From NCBI GenBank assembly GCA_001179505.1, contig CDMY01000497.1, positions 1 through 64,000 on the forward strand: DNA of 64,000 nucleotides, in the 5' to 3' direction. The notes below the pieces were generated by a model, which saw only the letters and a program-made list of their open reading frames with translations, had not been told where the DNA came from and made no database searches. Made by a program: the position numbers and the translations under genes. Positions 12,901-24,100 of the stretch are shown here, piece by piece. Source of the stretch: Vitrella brassicaformis CCMP3155. Lineage: Eukaryota > Protista > Chromerida. How positions within the stretch are numbered: the first letter of the stretch is position 1; each line of letters begins with the position of its first letter.

Positions 12901-13348
12901 CGCGCCTGCAGCCCCCTCCCATCAGCCAGCCCCACAGAGAGCGATCTCCAGCCCCTTCCCAAGGCCAAGCGCCGCCCGACACCTTATGAGAAGGATGAGG
13001 CGCAGCCGTCTTCTGTGCGTCGGGGAGAGGTGCTGTGGGACCCGTTGAACAAGGCGCGGGAGGGCGAGATCGTCAAGGCAGCAGAGACAGCGGACGACCA
13101 GACCGGCCTGACCATGGGGAAGAGGGCGCCTCGCGGCGAGGGGCGACCAGCGTGTGCTGGGCCGCCGTGCTTCGGATTGGCACTGCCGGGTGGACCTGGC
13201 GCGGTGCCCCCTAGCCGCAGAGGATGGTGGTGATGATGACAAGATGGATATCGATGAGGGTGCGGGTGCCGCTGGTGGCGATGGTACGCTGGAGAGCCTG
13301 GCGGAGTGGCTGGGCAAGGGGTTTGATTGGATGGGATGGTTCATGTGA
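9906..13348 (+). CDS. Ulp1/SENP-family SUMO (C48) protease with long basic/acidic N-terminal and low-complexity C-terminal regions; start and last exons uncertain
   Basis: Exons encode CLEDLAWLNDEIVD, VWIPNSFFWQFL, FELDYLLVPIN..GTHWALGVVDV, IRVLDSLGG and LPQQTNGYDCGVFVL. The His (HW), Asp (DS), oxyanion Gln and Cys (DCG) of the C48 family are all present. Confidence 0.9.
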
Positions 13349-13818
13349 GTCGTGGCTGCGTTGTCTGCATGATCGTTGAGAGAGAGACACACGCCAGTTC
13401 ATGAGTGGATGCATGGTGTCTATCTGATCTGTTGTTTGGCGGGAGATCGATGCATTCGTATGTCTGATATATTGTCCTCTCCTGTGTGTGACGGAGTTCG
13501 TTCCTTTTCCACTTCTGCCTGCTGTTGTGTCATACACACACACACGTGTGCATGAACCTGGCGCGAATGACCGTATTTCACTACCCCCAAGCAGCCCAAC
13601 CCCACCCACCCTATCACACACTCACATACACACACTCTCCCAAACCCCACACTCGTGCACTGCCAGTCGCCAGTCGGTGTGAAAGGGACACAGCCCAAAA
13701 GCACACACACGACTAAAACCGATCAGTCAGTCAGTCAGACAGACAGGCCCTCCCCACTAGCACACTAGGCAAAGAAAGCCAGCCGTAGAACACACGAGAC
13801 AGACAAAGGAAGGAGGAT

Positions 13819-16800
13819 CTACTTGCTGCCCTTGGTTTGCAGCCGACGGGCAGTGGCCTTGACCTCGTAGTGGTCAACCCAGCTGTGCGTTTGGAGGAAG
13901 AACCAAGAAAAACACAAAGACAGTATTATCTTGATTGATCCGTGTCTCTTGAGGACATCTGTGTGTGAGTGTGTATGTGTATTGGTTCGTACCGGCCTGT
14001 GGGCGTGACGAACTTGGTGGGGTCGTCGTCCTTGGTCGATCGGATCATCTTGCAGGAGGCGGAAAGCTGTTCAAAGTCGAAGGACTTGCAGATGGTCTCC
14101 TCCAGACACTTGCGGGCGCATGTGGCGGCATTCTGGACGGTGAAGACGGGGAAGTCGCCCGACACCAACAACTCCTTCTCCGAGTACCTGCATGCAGCCA
14201 ACACACACAGCAGAAAGGATGCGATTGATGTATCGGGAAGGGGCATGACAGCACACATGTATCTGTGTGGCGGTTCGCGTACCTGTCGAACTGCAGCAGG
14301 GGGTTTTCGCCATCTATGGAGGTCAGGTCGACGCCCTCGGCGGTGATCTCGGCTCCCTCAGTTTCCATGAGGGGGGAGAACTCGAGTGGCAGTCTCATGA
14401 AGGTGTCGTTGGTCTTGAGGTACAGGACGCCTTGGCCGCCAGACCACAAAGTGCGCGACAGGTCGCACGCGTCGGGGTCCGTGTAGCACACTGTCCGGAT
14501 AAGGAATGCAATGCAGCACACACAGACAGAAAGCGAGACAGAGAGGGAGAGGCTTGATGGATGGATGTTGGCCGTGTATATGTATGTGTGTGTGTTGGCG
14601 AGGTGCGTACCCTGGAGTCCGTCGGTTTCCTTGAGGAAGTGTGCGACGTTGATTCTGAGTTCGGTCTGTCCCTTGGGCGGGATGATTCCGTGTGGCGTGC
14701 CGGCCATGGTCATCCAGTGGTGTGCTGAGATGGGCATGTAGTGGATAGCGGTGCCCGTGGTGGGGTACGCCGACGTGGCCGAAACCTTCTTGTGTGTGGT
14801 GCCGCTCTTGAGCCCGATCTTGATGTGCTTGTCGCTCTGCGGGTTGAAGGCGTCGGCGTGCGTGATGCCATGGACGTTCTCGTACAAGAAGTGGATGGGG
14901 CCGCTCTCCTCGAGCACCACCTGGAAGTTGATGGTCCCCGCCCCGGCGTACTTGAAGCCGCTCCAGTGGACCGTCACGTCGTGCTCATCGACCGTGACGT
15001 ACACCCCATCCGCCGTCGACAACTCGGACGAGGCGTACCCGTTGATGACCTGACCAAACAAGTCAATGCGATGCGGCCACACACACAGAGGATGGATGGA
15101 CGCCAAGGGGATAGATGAGTGCGCGTCTACAGCTGACCCCGTCGTAGCCGAGTAGGATTGAGCCGTCGAGTGAAACCTTCATGGTCGAGTATATGCCACC
15201 GAAGTACGGGACAGGGAAGGGCAGAGCCACCTCCGTCTCCCTCTCGCCAGATTCAAACGTGACCTTGTTCTCAACCGTCTTGTTCTCGAACCAGAAGAAG
15301 TCACCTGAATGGACAAGACAGCAAGTACCCTTCCTGGATGATTTCCCTCGCTCACTCACTCACTCACTCACTGACTCATTCACTCAGCTTCTACCTACCG
15401 GTGGTCATGACGTAGTCGGGGGCGGTGGGGATCTGGGTGTCCATCCCCAGCTGCGCGCAGTACATGAGGCCCTTGACCGCATCCTCGTTAGTTATCTGAT
15501 GACCAATTAAAGGATCGACACGCACGCATTGAATAAAGCACACGCCACGCCAGCAAGGGAAACAACCGAGAAGTGGATGATCGCTGCTGCCAATTCTCGC
15601 GTCGCTGACTGACCTTGATTTTGTAGGTGTTGGCTGTGTTGGATGGGATGCGCTCCCGGATGCTTGGGGGGGAAACGCCGAAGGAGGCGCCCTCACATGT
15701 GAGTGTGAGTGTCTTGCTAGTGGTGATATCCCGGCCGGCGGGAGAGCCTTCATTGGTGGCCAGGTGCAGGGTGGCGGTGCGGGTGCCGCTCTTGGACGGG
15801 ATGCAACGGACCTGAGGAAACCAGAGAGGGAAAGAGAGACAGAGAGACAGACAGACAGACGTTCAGCGAGCCATGTGTGTAGGTAGGGCTGCTTGTCGGT
15901 GAGTGTGGGCTGGCTGACCTTGACAAGGTGGGATTCCTGGTTGGGCGAGACGGTGACTATCATGCCCTTGGGCGGCAGCACTTCAAAGTCGTTGGCGTGG
16001 TCTCCCGTCACGTCCTGCACTTGCACGGCCAGGACACCGGTGCCGCCGTTGGCTATGGGCACCTCAACGGCAGGACTGGGCACGTGGACAGCACTCTTGC
16101 CCACGGACAGACTCGCAGGCAAAGCCGGCGACAGGCTCGACCCGCCCAACGCCAGCAGCCGCAGGGAAGACTCCACACTGCTGCCGCCGCTGTGGATGTC
16201 CAAAGTGGCCCTGCGTAGATGCAAACAGACACACACCGTCGAACGGCACGGTACGGCCAGGTGGAAAAGAGTGCGTCTCCCAGGCATCCCTACCCGTATT
16301 GGCCGGCAGTGACGGCGTCGACCTCGACTGTCACATTGACTGTGGCGCCCGCTGCCACTGTGGCCGTCGCAGGGTACGACACGGCGTTGGTCAAGCTCGC
16401 CGTCATCTGCACTCATCACACGTCATGAACACCCACTTCCTCTGCACTACTCCGTTTGGACAGACAGACAGGCAGACCGTCATGTGTGGTGGGTGGCTGG
16501 GCTACCTGGAGGGCCTTGCTGACGTTGAGTCTCTTCTCGGTGACGGTCAGGAACGTGTCGTTTTCAGAGAGGGGCGTGCCGCTCTGCAGCAGGACCTCCT
16601 TCTGCTGGGCCCACGTCAGGTCCGGGTTGACCGCCAGCATGAGCGCCACAGCACCCGTCACGTGCGGCACGGCCATCGATGTGCCGTTGGCCGTGTACAG
16701 CCTACAAGGCCAGACAGACACACAGACAGACCGTCCATCCGCCCATCGACAGAGGGGTCCTCTTTGTCTGCGTCATGCACGTCGCCTACGATTCATTGAA

Positions 16801-19800
16801 GAGGCTGGCTGGCACAGTCGAGACGATGTTAGCACCGGGCGCCGCGAGGTGGATGGTCTCATTGCCGTAGGACGCCCAGTAGGGGATGTGGCCGTCTTCG
16901 TCATGCGCCGTGACCGTCACCATGTTGGGAATACCGAAGGTCGCCGGGAAGTCGGGCATGGCGTCGTTGTCGAATCCCTCATTGCCTGACATCGTATGCA
17001 TCCATCCATCAGGCTATGTACGAATGTATGTATGCATGGGTGCCCTGTCTTGTCTTGTCCTGTGGCCTGCCTGCGGCACAGATGAACAGCTGGTTGGCCT
17101 TCATGTTGGCGACAATGGCGTTGTAGAGTGCGGAGCTGAATCGGACTCCGCCCCACGAGTTGCTCGTCACGTGCGCCCCGTGGTCCACCGCATACTCGAG
17201 GGCCTCGATGGCATCCGACATTAGACCTGATCACATTCCAGACACACAACAAACACACACACACACACACAGACACAGATGGGCCACAAGGAGACATGTA
17301 GCCCATTCACAGAGAGTATCAGTGGGTCAGTAACGTACCACTGCCATCAGCTGCGAGGAATTTGAGTGCCATGATTTGGGCCTTCCACGCAACGCCGCTA
17401 ACTTCGGCTCCGTTGTTGCCCTTGGCGGCAATGACACCAGCAACTAAACAAATGCACACAGGCAGACAGACAGACAGACAGGCGTGGTGTCAGTCGATTG
17501 GTATATCGGCCGATCGGTAGGTCTGTCTGTCTGTCTGTGTGTGTGTGTGTCTGTCTGTGTGTGTGTGTGTCTGTCTGTGTGTGTCGGTATGGTAGCGAGT
17601 GCTGTGTCTGCAGTGCTGCATACCATGTGTTCCGTGCCCGGCGTCATCCATGGGGTCGCCATCCTTGTTGCGGAAGTCATAGCCGTAGATGTCGTCTATG
17701 TAGCCGTTCTCTGCCAACACAAACACACACACGCAACCATGTACCTACCTACCCGCCCATCCCATACATGCATACCGTCGTCATCAACGCCTGCTTGTCC
17801 GTTGAGTTCGGCCTGGTTGACCCAGAGGTTGTCCTTGAGGTCGTTATGCGTGTAATCGACGCCCGTATCGAGCACAGCCACCACAGGGCCCTTGGGCAGC
17901 TTGGTGGACGAGCCAGTGGTCACAGACCACGCATCGGGGGCGCCGATGGACAGCATGCCCCACTGGTTGCCGAAGGAAGGGTCATTGGGGACTGTGCCTG
18001 TGGCCTTGACCACCTGGTCCTCCTCGCACGCCGCCACACTCTCGTCGCTGCAGATCTCGTCCACATTCTTCTGGAACTCGGTGATGTTGGCAGGGTTCTG
18101 GGGGTCCACGTACAGCTCCAGGATGTCCACGTGGCTGCGACGCATCTTGCGGTGCTCCTTGATGGCTGAACACACCAACACACCACACCACAACACAGCA
18201 CAACATGAGATAGCGACGCAAGGATACCTCTGCCTGTCTGCCCTTTGTGCAGCCATCCATATCACAGATGCATACGTACAGTACCGTCTTTGAGTCTATC
18301 GACGATGTCTGAGAGCCAGCCGAGTCGTCTGCGTCCTGCCTCTGCAGCGGTAGCGTTGTGGTAGACGACGAGGATGCGGGGAGGCGAGCCCAGGGCTGTC
18401 GTGCTGCCGCTCGGGGGAGTGCCACTCAGCTTCCGCCCCGCAGCCTTGTCAGCCTCATCCGCAGACGTGCTGAATGAAGCAACAAGCCAGCGAAACACAC
18501 AAGACGGAGGTAGGTCAAAGCACTCACTTCACAATCTCTTGCTGACATGTGTTCCTTGGCCTTGGCCTGGAGTGCTCGTCTGGCGGTCTGTGTGGCGTTG
18601 GTGACGTTGTTGAGGTCGAGTGATTCCTGTATGTCGGCCTCGATGGCAGCGTGTGCACTCGACAGCTTGGCGAAGTCATCGGCCGTGAGGAACAGTGGCA
18701 GCGGCATGGGCAGCCAGGGGACCGTGCCAGTGGTGTCGCTCAGGTGGAACAGACCCAGGCTGTACAGCATCGATATGTCCGCACTGACAGACACCAACAC
18801 ACATACATACACAAAGAGACAGACAGACCCATTCACACGTGGCTGGCCGTGGTGTTGTGTTGGTTGGAAGCCTGCTGCTTACTTGAAGAGTTCTGTGTTG
18901 ATGACGTCTCTGTTTCTGGAGATCATCCAGAGGTCGAGGTCGGTGAATATGGGCGAGAAGGCGGCGGCGGTGGACTCCTGTGTGTTGGCTGGGGACGTCG
19001 TGAAGAAACCCATCTTGACCATCTCGCTGAAGAGCGCAGACCCTGCCGTTGCATTCAGCTCGCCAAACAATGACGCACTCGACTGCACACGCCGACAGAG
19101 GCAGGCGGAAACACAATGCATCGGGCTTGCTGGTGGCTGGCTGGCTGACCGTGTCGAATGTGACGGCGAGTATTTTGTTGTCGTCGTCCACTTTGACAGA
19201 GCGAACGAGGTATTCATTGGCCTGTGTCTCCGTGTAGTTCCAGTCGCCAGACCCACGGAAGAGTGTGCTGGCCGGGAAGTCCGCGTACGCCAGCCGACGG
19301 GAGCCTCCACCGCCCTGCTTGGCCTTGAGCTGACGAGCCTGCAAGACAGAGAGGGGGAGAGGGATCAATGGATCAATGGATGGATGGACGGATGCGTGGA
19401 TGGATGAGGGAAAAGGCCCGCCAGGCACACGACACGTGTGCTGCTCGCTATCGGTAGTGCTGGTCTGAAGGTTGGTGTTGTACAGTATCTACCTACCGCT
19501 GGGGGTGAGATGTTCTTCCAGTAGAAGTCGGGGTTGGCGGCGTTGACGGCAGTGGCGTCGAATGACGAGAGGAGCACCATGTTCCACTTGTGCAGCACGT
19601 GGTCCTTGGCCGTGCCCACCAACGACTCCCACGTCGTACCCGCCTTCATGCCCAGGTCACGAGGCGTCACCTCACTGAAAGACATACATACACAACACAC
19701 GACACGGCAAGACGCATGTACAGCCATGTTGCACACTGCCTGTGGTGGTGTAGTGTCCCTCTCTGTTTGGCCGCCTGGCTGGCTGGTTGACTGACTTTTT

Positions 19801-22800
19801 GCGCCAGGCGGATGTTTCCAAAAGGCTGAGGTCGAAATTGGAGAGGTGTGCCGATGCAGGGAACTCACCGATGGCGCAGTCGTGGAAGTTGGGGTGCCAG
19901 TTGGACGACCTGAGCGAGGTTTCAATCAATGAAGGAAGGCACCCATGTTGATGATTGCATGTGTGTGTGGTGCCCTACTTGAAGAATCCGATGGGTTCTG
20001 CGTGTCCCTCATAGACGGCCCAGAAGCGGGCGCCGCCATAGGTGGATGCGGTGGGTGTAGTGAGGTTCTGGTACTCGAAGCCCCATGGCTTGATGGCCCC
20101 GTCGCGGGAGCGGATGAAGCCCCACGGGTGCCACACGCCATCCTGGCTCTTGTAGACGCCCCATGGGTAGAAGGTGTTGTCGTAGCTGCCACACGAGACA
20201 CAACACACGCAAGTGCATAAGTATTCCATCGTCTATCTATCTGGATTGATGCCTCGGTTCGCTGCTCGCTGGCTCTTTCGTATGTGACATCCATCTGTGT
20301 GTTTACCTGAAGTATCCGATAGGGACGATTTTCCAGGAGACGTCCCTCCAGGTGCTGGCCGTCGGTGACATTTCCATCGTAGGGTCGGCTGGGCTATAGG
20401 ACCCAGCGTCGATGGGTGGTGGAGCTGCAGCAGCCTCCAGACGCCGCCCCGCTACTTCGGTCTCTTCCGGCGGCTGGTAGAACAGGCCGCACGAGACGCA
20501 CCGCTGGATGCCTATGGCGCCCCAGCGCTGGAAACCTGGGGAGCCCCAGCGCTGGATGCCACCGGACATCCATCGGGAGAAGCCAGGAGGCATCAGCATG
20601 CCGTCCTCGCTACCGGCGATCGACCGCTGAATGCCGGGTGACATCCACCGCTGAATGCCGGGTGACATCCACCGCTGAATGCCGGGGGCACCCCAGTCTC
20701 CCCAGGAGCGCTGGATGCCTCCAGAGCCCCAGTTACTCCACCGCTGCAGGCCGGGAGAGCCCCAAAAGCTGCGCTGGATGCCGGGAGAATTCCACCCCCA
20801 GGTGCGATGGATGCCGACCGGCATCCAGATGCGCTGAATACCGGGCGACCCCCAGCCCCACCGTTGAAAGCCCGGGGACATCCAGCCCCATCGCTGAATG
20901 CCGGGGGGCGCCCATCCCCACCGCTGAATACCGGGCGACATCCAGCCCCACCGGGCGATGCCCTGCAGACATACCACACAAACACACATATGTGACGGCG
21001 GGGCATCATGTCACGTATCTGTGCCTGGATTGACTTACGATAGGCATCCAGTTGTTCCAGCGACCGAGCCCCACGTGGTTCAGGACCCCGAAGTAGCTGT
21101 CGAGCCAGCGGGCGATGCCCGTCCAGCCCCAGCCGTAGGCAGCAGGATGCCATCTCGCGATGCCGAACCAGCCCCTGGTCCATTCATATGCCGCCAGACA
21201 GACAGACGGCAAGAAAATGCGCAAAGCAGAGACATACCTTCTCTTTCCCTTTCTTATCTGGATTGGCTCACCAGCCGTGGTAGGCAGGACTCACCCAGCG
21301 TCCCTTGGCCACCCATCCCTGACATACAAGCGACGTATCCGTGAGATCCACTCATTCACCCAAATAGCGCATTCATCCCTCTCGCTCTTCAGCACACTCA
21401 CCCATCCCCAGTAGTCGTTGAAGGACCAGCGGCCGTTGCCGACCCACCTGAATGCCAAGACCGTCAAGAAGGCGTCTGTACATCCATCTGTGCGGTGCGC
21501 CTTCGTTACCCGAATCCAGTGTATTCGTAGGGGTTGTATCCTCGCGCAATGCCAGTCCATCCCCTGAACGACAATCGAGACGCCCTCAACACTCGTTCGT
21601 ATTTGATGCAACATGTCAAGTTTACCAGCCAGGGTTCCAGCGGGAGATGTCTGAAGGAGAGCAGAGCACGGACACAGAAGAGCAGGTGCTGTGATTGCAT
21701 GGCCGGGCTAGCTGCCTTTCACCCGGCCCACCCACCTTCCATGGTCCGATTCTCCTCTGCTCTAGCAATGCCGGTCCAGCCCCAGTCGGGATTCCAGCGG
21801 GCAATGCCAACGTAGCCCCTGAAGGAATCCACGGCAAAAAGGGAAAGGTCTGCCTTATTGAATCTTCTGTGTGCTTATGCACCGTACCATGAGCGTTGGA
21901 TACCCACATTTCCACTAGGTGACACGGTTACAGGCATAAGCAAGTCATCGTAGCCGTGTGTGTCGTGTGTGTGCGTATGTCAGTACTAATAAGGGTTCCA
22001 ACGCTCGTGGCCTGAAATGGCGCCTCTGTGCAAATAAGGAAATCGAGAGATCCCACACGGTGGGTGTGAGGTATTGGTATGTGGTAGGTCGTCGCGGCTT
22101 ACCCTTCGTAGTACCACGGGGTCCAGCGGGCCATGCCAAACCACCCCCTAGACAGACAGAGAAGAAGGCAGAAGCCAGGACATGAACAAACAGGTGTTAC
22201 ACAATCACGGGCAGCTTCACATGTGTATTTGGTCCCTGTGCGCACCAGCTGAAGTATGCGGGATTGAACCAGCGGGCAGTGCCCACCCAGCCCTACAACA
22301 TCAATGAAGCACAGGCATTTATTCCATCTTGGCTATGTATCTGTTTCCTTTGGCCTCCCCTTGTGTGTAGTGCAGTGCAGTGTAGCATACCCATCCCCAG
22401 ATGTCGCTCCATCTCCAGTTCGCCCCGCCGACCCAGTTCCACCCGAGGAATGTGCCGAAGAAGCGAGACACGTCGGATATGACGAAGAAGGGCAGAGTCT
22501 TCATGCCGCTTTCGCCGAAGGGCCCGCCCTCGGACCACGACAGGGCCGGCGCAAAGGCGAGTTCGTCCCATGGGGATGCTTTCGAGTGGTCCACGAAGTC
22601 GGCCGAGCCGCCAGGCAGGAAGTACCGGGCTGAGAAGAGCCCCGGGCTCTCGCGAAACCCGAAGCTGTGGATCTGTCCACCACCGGGCAGCCACGCCTCT
22701 GCAGCACACACAGCAGGGCGGATGAACCGTCAGATTCACGCCCTTAATGCATTGTCTGGCACAGATCTCTAGATCTCACACAGATGTCGCCCTTCCCGCC

Positions 22801-23172
22801 CCCGACCTTTGTCTTCGGACCAGACGCCCTTGTCGCTTTCATTTGTGGCATACCACCAGCTCCAGTAGCTGTTGTAGTCGTCCGCGGTCCAGATGCTGTC
22901 TTTGGGCCAGAAGAGGGGCGCATTCCGCAGGTTCTTCACGGAAGCGACCACACCATATGGATGGATGCCTTGTTATGCGGTGCTATTCGATGCCTCACCT
23001 TGATGGAGATATCGAGGGTGGCCTCGCTGCCGCCATCGTTGGTCACTTTGATGGTGACGGGTGTTTTCTGCCCTGCTGTGATGTTCTGCTTGAGGAGCGT
23101 GTGGTCCACGGTGAGCTGGTGGCTACTGCCCACCAAGGAAAGGATTGCGAGCAAAAAGACCCCAAGCGACAT
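13819..23172 (-). CDS. Giant secreted S8 subtilisin-like protease (~2,000 aa, >30 exons). Architecture: signal peptide - Ig-like - Trp-rich GxxR repeat array - unknown region - prodomain - S8 catalytic domain - Ig/ASH-like domains - NIDO-like - PAN/apple
   Basis: I checked exon phases by hand from ATG 23172 to TAG 13819; a phase-compatible donor/acceptor pair exists at every junction, a few with weak sites. Catalytic triad is VAVLDTG, GHGTHVAG and [10 protein letters not shown]; oxyanion Asn is in AAGNEG. '[29 protein letters not shown]' is typical of bacterial-type subtilases. PAN: [33 protein letters not shown]-like: [22 protein letters not shown]-terminal [17 protein letters not shown] looks like a signal peptide. 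Confidence 0.85.
20511..22410 (-). repeat. Coding peptide-repeat array: ~29 units of G-[I/F/L/M/other]-[A/Q/other]-R followed by a Trp/Gly/Pro/Tyr-rich core
   Basis: 16 units lie in exon 20307-20962 ([24 protein letters not shown]...) and 13 more lie in ten upstream small exons (e.g. [37 protein letters not shown]). Confidence 0.9.
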
Positions 23173-23358
23173 CTTCGGGGCTTGTGAAAGGAGGGTGGAG
23201 GCAACGTTTTCGGCCGGAGGGGCTTGCGAGCTATGGGGGCAGGACGGCAAACGCGAAGGGAGAGATGAAATTCACAGAAAAAATCAAGGGATTGTAGGTA
23301 TACGTGTGATGGTGACGGGTGTTTTCTGCCCTGCAGTGATGTTGGTTGGTTCTCCGAC

Positions 23359-23457
23359 GAAATCGTTTGCGGTTCAAGGGAAGACGGCCTGCCTGAGATA
23401 GAATCGCCACACTCATTGCTTGTCCAGATCCAACCATCGGAGATGACGTCGACGTCG
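23359..23457. repeat. 99-bp dispersed repeat, copy 2, preceded by a 37-bp copy (23307-23343) of exon-1 sequence 23049-23085
   Basis: Direct alignments: 96/99 to 8911-9009 and 36/37 to 23049-23085. Confidence 0.9.
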
Positions 23458-23617
23458 TGGCCGTCCTTCTCTTCCCGCTGCCTCTTCTGTCGCATGATGG
23501 CCTCTGCTATCGCAACGTCCAGCTAGGGTTCGCTGCTGATGCCCATGACTTTTCGGGGTTCGTCAACATCTCGGTCTACAGCGGCAGTTGGGGCTTGTTC
23601 CGTCGACGGTGGTTCAG

Positions 23618-24100
23618 ATGAGCGACTTGGGCGAGCTGTTGTGTGCAGTGGTCCTGCAGAACGTCACCATGGTGCGCTCGCTGCTCAAGAAGTACCGCGC
23701 AGACCCCATCAAGATGCGCGGGACGACGGACGGAGTCACGGCTCTCCACTTGGCGGCATCGCGAGGCAGCCTCGATGTGGCAACGGCGCTGATTGATCGT
23801 CGTGCTGACGTCGACCGGCTGTCAGATCACCAACTATCGCCCTTGTCCGTGGCCGTCATGGTCAGCGACGGCGCTATGGCCGCACTGCTCTCGAGAGCTG
23901 GCGCTGACGCGGAGCTGCCGTGCCTGAATCCCGAGGAAGGCTTAGAGGATTCGAGTTAGGATGTCCTCTACATCAAGACACCGCTCCTCATTGCAGCAAA
24001 GTACGGCAAGCACAAGGCCATCGGGACGCTCTGGCTCCTCTCGGCAGCCCCGGTCAGCCTCCCCGGCCCTCGACGATATCGATGCCATTCGTCCAGCGGC
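23618..24100 (+). pseudogene. Ankyrin-repeat gene with in-frame stop, probably decayed
   Basis: GVTALHLAASRGSLDVATALIDRRADVD and LSPLSVAVM..ALLSRAGAD are followed by TAG (23957-23959). The same frame then resumes with another ankyrin repeat (KTPLLIAAKYGKHKAIGTL) before losing coding character. Confidence 0.6.

Noticed and set aside
19672-19929. ORF 'MIETSLRSS..' as the start of a stand-alone subtilase gene
   Set aside because: Its first codons overlap a pyrimidine-rich acceptor (..cctcgctcag), it has no signal peptide, and the upstream exon joins in phase (TTC AA|G TCG).
20600-20950. CRISPR-like array from the recurring ccgctgaatgccggg DNA repeats
   Set aside because: The repeats are codon-phased copies of the GIQR motif inside an open exon, with spacers of only 12-24 nt and no cas genes.
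20307-22410. WG/GW dipeptides as Argonaute-hook (GW182-like) motifs
   Set aside because: The protein has a signal peptide and extracellular domains (S8, PAN). The strict GIxR periodicity fits a processed or structural repeat better than a cytosolic AGO hook.
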